The notes beneath the pieces were generated by a model that was not told the DNA's origin, searched no databases, and saw only the letters and a list, made by a program, of their open reading frames with translations. A DNA stretch of 64,000 bases from NCBI GenBank assembly GCA_009914755.4, contig CP068257.2, positions 19,584,001-19,648,000 of the forward strand. The letters run 5' to 3'. Positions 41,649-53,738 of this stretch are shown one piece after another (within the stretch, counting starts at the first letter, position 1; every line of letters begins with the position of its first letter). Position numbers and translations under genes: made by a program. Source of the DNA: the human T2T-CHM13v2.0 reference genome, Homo sapiens.

Positions 41649-44395
41649 GGATTCAGGATGTGAAAGACAAGATAGCTATATTAAAAAAATAGAACATCTG
41701 GAATTGAAATTTCACTAAAGAAATTTCAAAATAAAAGTGGAATTATGAGCAATAGAATAGATCAAGCAGAAGAAACAATTTTAGAGATTGAAGAGCAATT
41801 TTACAAATTAACCCAGTCAGACAAAAATAAAGAAAAATAGAATTAAAAAGAACAAATCCTTCAAGAGATGTGGGATTATGTAAAACAACCAAACCCACGA
41901 CTTATTGGCATTCCTGAGATAGAAGAAAAAGCGAGCAACATGGAAAACATAATTGAGGGAATAATAATTCCAAAAAAAAATCCTAATCTTCCTAGAGAGA
42001 TAGATATCCAGATACAAGAAATTCAGACAACCACCTGCAAGTTACAGTACAAGATGACCATAACCAAGGTAAATAGTCATCAAACTATCTAAAGTCAACA
42101 CAAAAGAAAAAAAAATCTTAAGGCAGCTAAGGAAAAGTTACAAATTACCTATGAAGGAAATCTCATCAGAGTAACAGCGGACTTTTCAGCAGAAATTTCA
42201 CCAGGCCAGAAGAGACTGGGGGCTTCTTTTTAGCCTTCTTGAAGAAAAAAAAAAAATGCCAGCCAAGAATTTTATTTCTTGCCAAACTAACCTTTATAAA
42301 TAAAGAAAAATAAAGTCTTTCCCAGACAAGCCAAGAGTAAGGAAATTTGTCACCACCAGACCACCACTACAAGAAATGCTCAAAGGAGTCCTAAACATTG
42401 AAATAAAGGTCAGTACTTCCTTTAATAAAAGCATATGTAAGTACAGAGTTCACAGATCCTGTAAATCCATTACATGACTGAGACTACAAAGCAACTAGCT
42501 AACAGCACTATCACAGGAACAAAACCTCACATACCAATATTAACCTTGAGCTGAAATAGTCTGATTTTTCCACTTAAAAGACATAGATTGGCAAATTGGA
42601 TTAAAAAAAATACTCAACCACCATCTTTTGCCTTCAAGAGACCTGTCTCATGTGTATTGATGCCCACAGTCCCAAAAGATTGAAGTAAAGTTATGTCACA
42701 CAAATGTAAAACAAAAAAAAGAACAAGGGATACTCTTTTTGTATCATATGTAACAGATTTTAAACCAACAACAGTAGAAAAAAAAAGAATGGAATTATTT
42801 AGTGATAAAGGTTTCAATTCAACAAGAAGATTTAACTGTCCTAGATATGTACACACAACATCAGCACAGCCAGATTTAAAAAATAACAATTACTACTACA
42901 CCTAAGAGACAGAAAGCAATACAATAATAGTGGAGGACATCAGGACCCCACTTACATCTCTAGATCATCAAGGCAGAAAACTAACAAGAAAATCTGGACG
43001 TAAATTGGACTGTTGACAAAATGTACCTAATAGATATCTACAAAACATCTACCCAACAGCTGGAAAATGCTTTTTTTTCCCCTCATCTGTGCATGGGGCA
43101 CTCTCTAAAATTGACCACATGCTTGGTAATCAAGCCAGTCTCAATAAATTCAAAAGGATAAAAATTATGCCAAATATTTTGTCGGACAACAGTGGAATAA
43201 AATTTGAATGCAATACCAAGTGGAACTCTCAAAACCACACAATTACATGGAAGTTAAACAACCTGTTCCTGATTGACCTACTTCTGAATGACTTTTAGGT
43301 AATTAACAAAGTTAAGAAAATAATCAAAAAATTTTTGAAACAAATGAAAATAGAGACACAACATACCAAAATTGTTGGGATACAGCAAAAGTTGTGTTAA
43401 GATGAAAGCAGTAGTGCTAAATGCCTACATCAAAATGATAGAAAGATCTCAAATTTACAACCTAACATTGCACCTTAAGAAACTAGAAAAACAAGAAAAA
43501 ATCAAACCCAAAGCTAGCAGAAACATGAAACAGCAAAGGTCACGGAAGAAATGCATGAAACTGAGACCAAAAAATCATACAAAGAATTAATGAAATAAAA
43601 AGTTAATTATTTGAAAGGTTAAACAAAGGTGATAGATGGCTAGCTAGATTAACTAAGAAAAAAGAGCAGATTCAAGTAAGAACAGTCAGAAATGAAATAG
43701 GTGACATTGCAACTGATACCACACAAATAAAAGAAATACTCAAAGACCACTATGAACATCTCTATGCATACAAACTAGGAACCTTAGAGGAAATGTATAA
43801 ATTCCTGGAAACACACAACCTTCCAAGAATGAACCAGGAAGAAATAGAAACTCTGAACAGAACAATAACAAGTTACAAACTTGAATCAGTAATAAATAAT
43901 CCACCAACCACAGGAAGCCCACGACCAGACAGATTCACAGCCACATTCTACCAGATGTACAAAGCAGAGCTAGTACTAATCTTATTGAATATGTTTCTAA
44001 AAATCAGGGAGAAGGGGTTTCTTCCTAACTCATTCTATTAAACCAGTATTACCCTGATACCAAAATCTGACAAGAACACACACACACCAAAGAGAAAACT
44101 ACAGGCTAATATCCCTGATGAATATAGATGCAAAAATATTCAACAAAATACTTGCAAGAAAAATCAAAGAATACATCTCAAAATAATAAGAGCTATATTT
44201 GACTAACCAATGGCCGACATCATACTGAATGAGCAAAAGTTGAAAGAATTTCCCTTAAGAACTGGTTCAGAAACAGAATATCCTCTCTCACCACTCCTAT
44301 TCAATAAAATAGTGGAAGACCTAGCCAGAACAATCAGTCAAAAAAAAAAAAAAAAAAAAAAAGATGTCTTGCAAATAGGAAAAGTGGAAGTCAGA

Positions 44396-44743
44396 TGTAT
44401 TAGTCCATTTTCACACTGGTGGTAAATACATACCTCAAACTGGGCAATTAACAAAATAAACATATTTAATGGACTCACAGTTCCACGTGGCTGGGGAGGC
44501 CTCACAATCATGGCAGAAGGTGAAAGTCAAGTCTCAGATGGCAGCAGAGAGAGAAGAGAGCTTGTGCAGAGAAACTCCCCTTTTTAAAATCATCAGCTCT
44601 CATGAAACTTATTCACTGTCATGAGAACAGCATGGGAAAGACCTGCCCCCATGATTCAATTACCTCCCACCGGGTCACTCCCACAACAACATGTGGGAAT
44701 TCAATATGAGATTTGGGTGGGGACACAGCCAAACCATATTATC
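44396..44743 (-). mobile_element. THE1-type MaLR solo LTR nested in L1 ORF2
   Basis: TGTATTAGTCCATTTTCACACTGGTGGTAAATACATACCTCAAACTGGGCAATTAACAAAATAAACATATTTAATGGACTCACAGTTCCACGTGGCTGGGGAGGCCTCACAATCATGGCAGAAGGTGAAAG ... CATGGGAAAGACCTGCCCCCATGATTCAATTACCTCCCACCGGGTCACTCCCACAACAACATGTGGGAATTCAATATGAGATTTGGGTGGGGACACAGCCAAACCATATTATCA is the reverse complement of the THE1 LTR consensus (TGATATGGTTTGGCTGTGTCCCCACCCAAATCTCAT...GGACTAATACA). L1 ORF2 sequence is collinear on both sides: ..GGAAAAGTGGAAGTCAGA | THE1 | AATTATCCCTCTTCTCTGACAACATGATCCTATACCTAGAAAAC. Confidence 0.8.
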
Positions 44744-46312
44744 AAATTATCCCTCTTCTCTGACAACATGATCCTATACCTAGAAAACACTGATGATTCC
44801 TCCAGTGGACTTCCAGACCTGATCAATGACTTCAGTAAAGTTTCATGATACAAAATTAATGTGCAAAAATCAGTTGCATTTCTATATGCCAACAATGCTG
44901 AAGCAGAGAATCAAATCAAGAGCTCCATTTTATTTACAACTGCCACAAAAAATAAAATAAAATAAAATACCTAGGAATACATTTAACCAAGGAAATGAAA
45001 GATCTCTACAAGGTGAACTAGAAAACGCTGATCAAAGAAATTGTAGATAATACAAAGAAATAGAAAAACATCCCATGCTAATGGATAGGAAAAATCAATA
45101 TTGTTAAAATAACAATACTTTCCAAAGTAATCTACAAATTCAATGAAATTCATATAAAATTACCACCCAATTGTTCAAAAAATTTTTTAAAAATCTACAA
45201 TTCATAATGGACCACACAAGAGCCAAATACCCAAAGCAATCCTAAGCAAAAACAACAGAGCCAAAGGCACCACATTGCCTGACTTCAAACTATACCACAA
45301 GAATATATAACAAAAACAGCATATTACTGGTTCAAAAATAGATACATAGATCAATGAAACAGAATAGACAATGCAAAAATATAGCCACACACCTACAACC
45401 AACTGATCTTTCTCAAAGTTGACAAAAATAAACAATGGGGAAAGGATGGCTATTCAATAAATGATGCTGAGTAAACAGGCTAAACGTATGCAGAAGAATT
45501 AAACTGGACCCCTAATTTGAACCACGCACAAAAAGTAGCTCAAGATGAATTAAGGACTTAAATATAAAGTCCAAAAACATAAAAATCCTAAAAGAAATGT
45601 CCTTTGGGACATTAGCCTAGGCAAAGAATTTATGATGAAGATCATAAAGCAAATGCAACAAAACCAAAAATAGACAAATGGGATTTAAGTAAGCTAAAGA
45701 TCTGCACAGCAAAAGAAACCATCAACAAAACCCACAGAAAACTTACAAAATTGGGAGAAAATATTTGCAAACTATGCCTCTGACAAAGGATTGATACCCA
45801 GAATCTATAGGGAACTTAAACAAATCAACAAGAAATGAACAAATAACCCTGTTAAAAACTGGGCACAGGAAATGAACAGATACCTCTTAAAAGAAGACAT
45901 ACAAGTGGCCAACAAAGATATGAATAAATGCTAAACATCAGTAATCATCAGAGAAATGCAAATTAAAACCATAATGCAATAACATTTGACACCAGCCAGA
46001 ATGGCTATTATTAAAAAGTCAAAAACTAACAGATGTTGGTGAGGCTGAGATGAAAAGGAAACACTTATACATCATCAATGGGAATGTAAATTAGTTCAAC
46101 CCCAATAGAAAACAGTCTGGAGATTTCTCAAAGAGCTAAAAATAGAACTACCATTTGACCTAGCAATTCCATTATTCAGTACCTAAGCAAAGGAAAACAA
46201 ATCACTTTTCAAAATGACACCTGGACTTGTATGTTTATAATAGCACTATTCACAATAGAAAAGTTATAGAATCAACCTAAGTGTCAATCAATGTTGGATT
46301 ATATAAATGAAA

Positions 46313-47461
46313 TGTGATGTGTATGTATGTGTGTGTGCATATATATATATACACACACACACATATATACACACACATACATACACACACATACATCATT
46401 TTGTTAAGATCTTTGGCATAAGTGTGTATATATATACATATATATATATTCCACTATATATATACATATATATATATTCCACTATATATATACACACACG
46501 TATATATATTCCACTTTATATACACACATGCACACGCACACACGTGTGTGTGTGTTCATAGTGGGATATATATATGTGTGTGTATATATATACACATATA
46601 TTAGATATACACATATATATGTGTGTGTATATATATGTGTATGTGTATATATACACATATATATTATATATGTGTATGTGTATATATACACATATATATT
46701 ATATATGTGTATGTGTATATATACACATATATATTATATATGTGTATGTGTATATATATACACATATATATTATATATGTGTATGTGTATATATATACAC
46801 ATATATATTATATATGTGTATATGTATATATACACATATATATTATATATATATGTGTCTGTATATATATACACATATATATTATATATATGTGTCTGTG
46901 TATATATATACACATATATATGTGTCTGTGTATATATGTACACATATATACTATATATGTGTATGTGTATATATATACACACATATATTATATATACATA
47001 TATAATATATATACATACATATATTATATATACATATATAATATATATACATATATACTTATATATATTATATATGTATATATAATATATGTGTGTATGT
47101 ATGTGTGTATATAGTATATTATATTATATATATGCATGTGTATGTGTATATATACGTATATACACACATATATGTACACATATGTGTGTATATATACGTG
47201 TATACATACACGTATATATACACATATATAATATATATGTGTATGTATGTATATATTATATTATATATACACATACACATATATGTACACACATATATTA
47301 TATATGTGTATATATAATATATGTGTGTATATATATTATATATACACACATATATAATATATGTGTGTATATATATTATATATACACATATATAATATAT
47401 GTGTGTATATATACACATACACACATATGTGTGTATGTATATATGTATGTATATATGTATA
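46313..47461. repeat. complex TA/TG/CA-rich compound repeat of ~1.15 kb with a ~44-bp higher-order unit
   Basis: The repeat grows out of the L1 segment ..AAATGTGGTACATATACAC... The unit TATATGTGTATGTGTATATATACACATATATATTATA recurs with small variants about 8-9 times across 46610-46980. (TATATG)n, (TGTGTATA)n and (ATATAC)n blocks flank it. The unit contains the perfect palindrome TGTGTATATATACACA. The six-frame ORFs of 143-185 aa here (46528..47085, 46574..47005, 46623..47114, 47089..47514 and others) are products of the repeat. Confidence 0.95.
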
Positions 47462-48326
47462 AGTGGAATACTACACAGACATTAAAAAAAATGCAGTCAT
47501 GTCCTTCACAGTAACATGGAGCTAGAGGCCATTATCCTATGTGAAATAACTCAGAAACAGAAAAACAAATGCCACATATTCTCACTTATAAGTGGGAGCT
47601 AAGCAACGGATACACATGGATATATAGGTGGACATTGGGGACTTCAAAATGGGGAAAAAGGAGAGGGGGAAATGTGTTGAATAATGACCTACTGAGTACT
47701 ACTCACTGTGTTCACCATTTGGGTGATGGGCTCAAACCCAAACCTCAGCATTACTCAACTACTCATGTAACAAACCTGCACATGTACCCCTGAATCTATA
47801 ATAAAAAATTATAGTATAAAAGATTGTTTTATTATTCATACAACCAGCTCTGTTTTCAGATGTAATGATTGAATGAAAAATATTAATGAATAAGTGAGGG
47901 TGTTATTTTGATTTTGAAGCCTATCTAGAACTCAGTGATACGGTAATAGTCACCTTTCTTTAGAATCAATCAATTAGAATATATTCAAATGTTTTTGCTT
48001 CCTTCTACCTGATATTTTAAAAAAATGGTTTGATTTTAAAAACCCTTTCAAAAATATGAGTAAAATAATTAACTCCTTTTCTGGGGATGACAGTGGGGAG
48101 TAGAGTTGCATCTTTTTATTTGGGAAATTTAGACTTAAACATACTGTTTTTTTACTCATTCAACTAATTCAACTACTGTATTCCTAAATTATTTAAGTAA
48201 CATTATAGATGTCTGCAATGTTCCAGCCTCTGAGAATGACCATGAGGTTTCATAAATTCAATAAGACATTCTCTTTTCTCAGCAAAAATTGCATTCTAAT
48301 TAGAGATATGGCCATATAAACAAATA

Positions 48327-48785
48327 ATTATGCGGTACTATTCACAATAGCAAAGACTTGGAACCAACCCAAATGTCCATAAATGGTAGACGTATTAAGA
48401 AAATGTGGCACATATACACTATGGAATACTATGCAGCCATAAAAAAGGATGAGTGCGTGTCCTTTGTAGGGACATGGATGAAGCTGGAAACCATCATTCT
48501 CAGCAAACTATCACAGGGACAAAAAAACAAACACCGTGTGTTCTCACTCATAGGTGGGAATTGAACAATGAGAACTCATGGACACAGCAAGGGGAACATC
48601 ACACACCGGGGCCTGTTGTGGGGTGGGTGGAGGGGGGAGGGCTAGCATTAGGAGATATACCTAATGTAAATGACGAGTTAATGGGTGCAGCACACCAACA
48701 TGGCACATGTATACATATGCAACAAACCTGCACGTTGTGCACATGTACCCTAGAACTTAAAGTATAATAAAAAATAATAATAATT
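48327..48785 (+). mobile_element. young L1PA 3' end fragment (ORF2 C-terminus plus 3' UTR plus A-rich tail)
   Basis: TGCGGTACTATTCACAATAGCAAAGACTTGGAACCAACCCAAATGTCCATAAATGGTAGACGTATTAAGAAAATGTGGCACATATACACTATGGAATACTATGCAGCCATAAAAAAGGATGAGT ... GGGGAGGGCTAGCATTAGGAGATATACCTAATGTAAATGACGAGTTAATGGGTGCAGCACACCAACATGGCACATGTATACATATGCAACAAACCTGCACGTTGTGCACATGTACCCTAGAACTTAAAGTATAATAAAAAATAATAATAAT is close to the L1PA2-4 consensus. Confidence 0.9.
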
Positions 48786-48817
48786 ATGCCCAAAATGAGC
48801 TGTGGGAGCACACAGAG

Positions 48818-48950
48818 AGACATATGCAGGTTTGTTGCACAGGTAAACTTGTGTCATAGGAGTTCATTGTACAGATTATTTCATCACGCAGCTATTAAGC
48901 CTAGGTACCAATTAGTTATTTTTCCTAATCCTCTCCCTTCTCCCACCAAG
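48818..48950 (-). mobile_element. short older L1 (L1PA7-L1PB-like) 3' UTR fragment, minus orientation, tail-to-tail with the preceding L1PA
   Basis: ATGCAGGTTTGTTGCACAGGTAAACTTGTGTCATAGGAGTTCATTGTACAGATTATTTCATCACGCAGCTATTAAGCCTAGGTACCAATTAGTTATTTTTCCTAATCCTCTCCCTTCTCCCACC matches the reverse complement of the older-L1 3' UTR (...GGTAAACTTGTGTCATGGGGGTTTGTTGTACAGATTATTTCATCACCCAGGTATTAAGCCTAGTACCCATTAGTTATTTTTCCTGATCCTCTCCCTCCTCCCACC), recalled from memory. Confidence 0.55.
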
Positions 48951-51900
48951 GAGATATCTGATGTGTAAATAACAACTCACCAGGGGAAGCAGTTGGGAAA
49001 AGAGTCATACTTCCATGTGACCAAATTTGAAGCATACTGCACAGTTTAATATTTAATTATGTTTATTATCATACTAGTTAGACATAAATAAAGCACTTTT
49101 GATACTATTACAATTTTTCTTAGCATTGATTGAGAAACTTGGTGACTCCAAGCATACTTGTTACATTATAATAAGCTTTGTTTAGTACACAATGTTCTTC
49201 AAATATTTACTAAGGCAATAGACTGTTTTCATTTTGCTTTATAAGAATAAAACTTTAAATTTTGCACTGCATTTCCTATTCCTCACCAGGGTAATAGAGT
49301 ATTTGAATATTTGAGTATTATTTGCTTATAACTTCTACAGCTTGTTGTACAACCTTACCTGGGCTGGAAATCTTAAGCATGTCAGTCAACATCATCAAAT
49401 GTAGGAAAACTAATTTTGTTTAAATAAATTCCATTTAAATTTGGATTGTGTAAAGATTTTTCACAGTTCATTTGGAAGAAAAAAAATTGTAGATACAATT
49501 TTGATTGGCAATCTCCACTCAGAGGTGTACAAATATGGAGCAATTTTCTTGTGTGAAACAAACAAAAATTACATACATTTGTCTTTGCGAGCTCCTCTAG
49601 AGTTAAGAGGAAGAGTTACTATTACAGCATTTAACATTTACTGATTATTTACAATGTGTCAAACACTGATTTAAATTCTTTATACTATTTCTTGTAAATA
49701 TAATGGAGCTAGTATTGAATTCACAGTTTTATGTAAGAAAGTCCTAAAGACAGAAAGTTTGTTTCTTGCAGTTTATACAGTTAATTGGATATCTCATAGA
49801 TAGACTCTTGGTTTAATATACCTTCCTGAGATATCACCTGTATATCTCATGAGAAGGGAAAATGTGCTTATATACGGCTGTGGCTACTGGTGGACCCTTA
49901 GATACATGCTCATATTCTGCTCATTGGTTCGGCTGCAGCATTTTTGGCTCTTGTGAATTTCTGACTCTTTGAACTGCTTATTTAGAGAAATTCCTGGTGA
50001 ATATGTGGTTTGCACGCATGACTCGGTCTAAGTCAAGGGGCTCCCTCATGTTGCCATGGCACCATCTCAGTTTTTGTTGGTGCTGAGGATTTTTCGGAGT
50101 TCAGCTCCATGTTCCATCCCACTCGTGGCTGCTGTGCACCTCAAGGTCAGTCACTTATCTCTCACGGAGGAATTTCTCACAGCAAGTCTAATGACTGAAG
50201 CTACATTGTGCTGCATGTTTGGGTTTTGGGACATTGCACCTTCCCACACCACACAGGAGCCAAGAATTACCCAACAACATGACACTGCTTCTCTTTTGGA
50301 CTTACTGTGCCACAGTGAATTGTTTTCTTTGCTTCCTTGCAGTGTTTAACGTTGATGCAGGATCACTGTCTTGGGAGTTGCCTCACGCTGTTTTCTCTCT
50401 CTCAAACACATGCATTCACATTCACACACACACATATAGCCCCAGAAAATTGTGAGCTCCAATTTCGTTATATCAGCCTTTCTTTCAATATGTGGAAAAC
50501 CTCTCACTGTTATTTTATCTCAAGCTGGGAAGCCATTGTACATGAGAATATATCTGATATCCCCATAATTCTTATCTCTCTTCTGATTCACTTTGCTTCA
50601 TCGGAGAAGGGATGGACTGTTTGTTGCCTCCTCCAACCTGGAAGGAATCCCCCAAGCTTAGCTTTTTCTTCATTCTGAGAAGGTACCGAATTTGCCCCTT
50701 CACTTAAATTCTTTAGCAGCATCAACAAAATAGCACCAAGTATTTTGGAGATCGAAAGTTGATTCAGGCTAGGAGTTACAGTCTAAGCACAGGTGCACTT
50801 AAATCTAACTAATCTAACTATGGATCCTTCAGAAACAAATAAACCTGAACCCTGTCCCCACATGTAACCTGAGATTATTAGACTAGAGATCCTGGAGACA
50901 CCTTCAGGCTAGAATCATCCAAGATTCTGAGATGCCTGAAATACTTGCATTGAAAAAACTTAAACAAAAGGTTGTTTCTGTATTTAGCCACTCCAATTTA
51001 TTTGCCATTTAAAAATTTATCTGTCATCCTTTCCCTATCTTTATGAATACTTTGGAGTGCATTCTTTGTAAACTGTGTTTTCTTTGTATAATACTTAATC
51101 TTGGTACTAAACATAAATGTCCCTGGCTATAATATAAAGAGCTCCTGCAACTGATTGGAGGCCTGAGAAACAGAATTGCTGTTTACTACTTAAAACATTT
51201 AAATGGTTGATTTTATGGAAAGTGGGAGTTTTTCAGCCTGGTGAAATATTTTTCCTATGGCTACATCGCAGCACACTTCATAGCAGTTCAAACACATCTC
51301 CTCAGTGAGTCCATGCATGGCTTTTGAATGAACCAATTAAGTAATGAGTAAATTGTTAGATATTTCTTTGATTATAGATGTCGATTTTATTTGGGTAATC
51401 ACTGTTACCATGTGCTACTGAAAACCTACACATGCCTTGTAATATTCTTTCTAAATTGTTTATTTTAAAGAAGGGTATGCCTTTAGAAATATTTTGGAAT
51501 GTGTAATATAAAGTTCATGTTACAGTAATTTTATGATTGGCACTTAACAAAAGAAATTAGTATATTCTCACATTAATGGTAACATCTTTCATAAGTCTCT
51601 CATTTTAGTGCTTCTAATTAAAATCATTATTTTTCTAATGTGGAAGAGGGTGTTTTCCTTTTTCTCTACAATATTTTGTAGTAGCATTTGCAGTACTCTG
51701 ATAAGTTTCACATTTTCTGACAATGTACATCAAAGTTTACTGTTAAGCAATGTAAGTGTTGAATATCTAGTAGTATCATATAATTCATGAAAGAAAGGAA
51801 GGCAAAACCTTCTGACTGAACCTTTATGTGACAGATATGTTTGATTTCTGATTTGTCAGGTTTCTACACAAGGTTTATGCTAACCTTAGTCTGGAGAGAG

Positions 51901-53738
51901 AATACCCACATTGGGGAAGACAAAGCACTTACATAAGCATCTGGAGACTTAGGTATTAGGCACAGTGCAAACACTCCTGTAATTTAATTTAGTACTGCGT
52001 AATATTAGTGGTGATAAAAAAATCTTACACTATGTTCTATGTTGACTTCATCAAGGCAGCTAATAACTTACATGTCTAAGTGTTGCCTGTTGAAATAAAC
52101 TTGGATTGGATGTATAATTTGGGATTAGCTGCCTCTTCAAGATATTTTAGTTTTAATTAAATATCACTCTCAAAGTAAGTGATGAGTGACCTGTTCCTGG
52201 TCTCATAATGTACTCAGGGCCTAACTACCACATAAGCACAGATTGGTTGACTCATGACTCAGACAACGTTCCCCAGCCTAATTGGCACTAAGATATATTT
52301 CCTACTTTTATTTACATTAAATGATATAAGACAAAAAGGATTTACTTTAAAACAAAAATATGAGACAGGTGGTCCTATTGCTTACTGGTTTTTGAATCTT
52401 AACGTAATGATTTTACTTTTACTAATAAACTAATTGCTAGGTATTTCTATGCAATAATGTTTACTTATGTTTGGAGTTGTGACTTCTATATTTACTTCTT
52501 AAATGTATTGCAGCTATTTAATTCATACAATGCGTTTTAGGAAAATAATCATTTCCCTCCATTTTCAAAACAAAAGCATATTCAAAGTAGCGTAAGCCTC
52601 CTTTCATAAATATTTTCTTTTTAGTATGATGTATTTCACTTTAATTTTTTGGTGAGCCCAGGTTTCTACATGCTTGACCTTTGGGAGATTTTCAAAACCT
52701 ATTTGATTTTTTTTTCAGTTCTGTGGCTTGATGTCTGATGGGCCTGTAATGATTATATAATACATTGCCTGACCATCATGGCCTTCCCTAGTTCATCATC
52801 TCTGCACTTTTTAAAACAGATATTCTCATCTTCTCTTTTAGTTATTTTTTTTTTATTTGAACCTTATTTTTCCATTTTATTCAATTGGCCTCTTTTGGAC
52901 ATCAATTAGTTTTTCAGTACTGATTATTTAGATGACATTTTTGTACATTTTATGTTCACATGTGATATGTGTATGTTTGAAATGAAAAACACCCACATAC
53001 TACTGAATAAAACAAGTCTACTGAGAATGAAATAAATTTAAAATTGCTTTTTATTGGATTCAACTTTTAAACTCAATAAAAATCTAAAAAGAATGTATTT
53101 AATTTTTGTTTTATTTTTGCTAAAGTACATATTCATGTATGCACAAATATTTTAGCATGTATTTTCTTCCAGACCTGTGCTGGGTTTATAGACTAAGATT
53201 AATAAGGCAAGACATTGTCACTATTTTCCAAGAGCGTATCATCCAGTGGAGAGACAAATGTGCCAATAAAATTTCATATGTGTTAAGTGCTCCTAGCAAA
53301 TAGTACAGAAACTAAAAACAAACAGCCTTTTTCAGTTTTAGATTAATTTTAACTTAAATAGCACTAAATTATTTTGTGTAGGGTAATATCATGCCTTTAA
53401 ACTTTCTTTGTGCTTTCTGCATATTAAAATTATGTAATGCTTATCAAGCTATTTCTGTGCAGTGTGTTATATGCTCTAAGAAAAAGTATTACAGAATTTT
53501 AGAAGACAATGAAAGGCTATTTGGAGTACTATTTATAAGACAATGTGGCTATTTGGAGTACTCATGTATGACTGATAGGAATATTCATAGTTGAGAAAAA
53601 GGAAAGAGTTCTAATAAATAAGGAACAAAATGTGAAAAGAAATAGAGTAATAAAAAAGTGGGGCCTTTAGCAAAATTTCCTGATAGTTTACTATTTTTTG
53701 TTTGTGTTATTTTGATTTGGTTAGAAATAAGTTCTAGT

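Larger units (their letters stand above)
39965..47818 (+). mobile_element. ancient full-length L1 LINE (L1PA-old/L1PB-like; 5' UTR, decayed ORF1 and ORF2, 3' UTR) carrying a nested LTR and a large internal simple-repeat expansion
   Basis: The 5' UTR starts GGGGATTTTCAAGATGGCTGACTAGGAACATCAG, like L1 5' ends. ORF1 relics at 41860-42400 translate to ...LIGIPEIEEKASNMENIIEGIIIPKKNPNLPREIDIQIQEIQTT... and ...KLPMKEISSE.QRTFQQKFHQARRDWGLLFSLLEEKK..., compared with L1 ORF1 IMGVPEGEE.., NFPNL..IQEAQ.., NPIRLTADFSAETLQARREW. ORF2 EN/RT relics run 42440-46300, e.g. LSDNSGIKFECNTKWNSQNHTITWKLNNLFLIDLL and [25 protein letters not shown]. The 3' UTR at 47465-47818 reads ...CCACATATTCTCACTTATAAGTGGGAGCTAAGCAACGGATACACATGG ... 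GTAACAAACCTGCACATGTACCCCTGAATCTATAATAAAAAATTATAG. All reading frames carry many stops. Confidence 0.85.

Noticed and set aside
46610-46980. A regularly spaced ~44-bp periodic array, superficially CRISPR-like.
   Set aside because: This is a eukaryotic, primate genome. The units are microsatellite-derived, there are no unique spacers, and there is no leader or cas context. It is a minisatellite or compound simple repeat.
46422-47514. A cluster of long ORFs (up to 185 aa, both strands), rich in Y/I/C/V/H/T, reported in the six-frame track.
   Set aside because: They lie entirely within the TA/TG compound repeat. They are open only because the repeat units avoid stop codons in some frames. The proteins are pure low-complexity sequence with no start or splice context.
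48358-48823. ORFs of 68-104 aa across the L1PA 3' end (MEPTQMSINGRRIKKMWHIYTMEYYAAIKKDE.. and MRVLCRDMDEAGNHHSQQ..).
   Set aside because: They are the L1 ORF2 C-terminus plus read-through of the L1 3' UTR. The element is 5'-truncated and non-autonomous.
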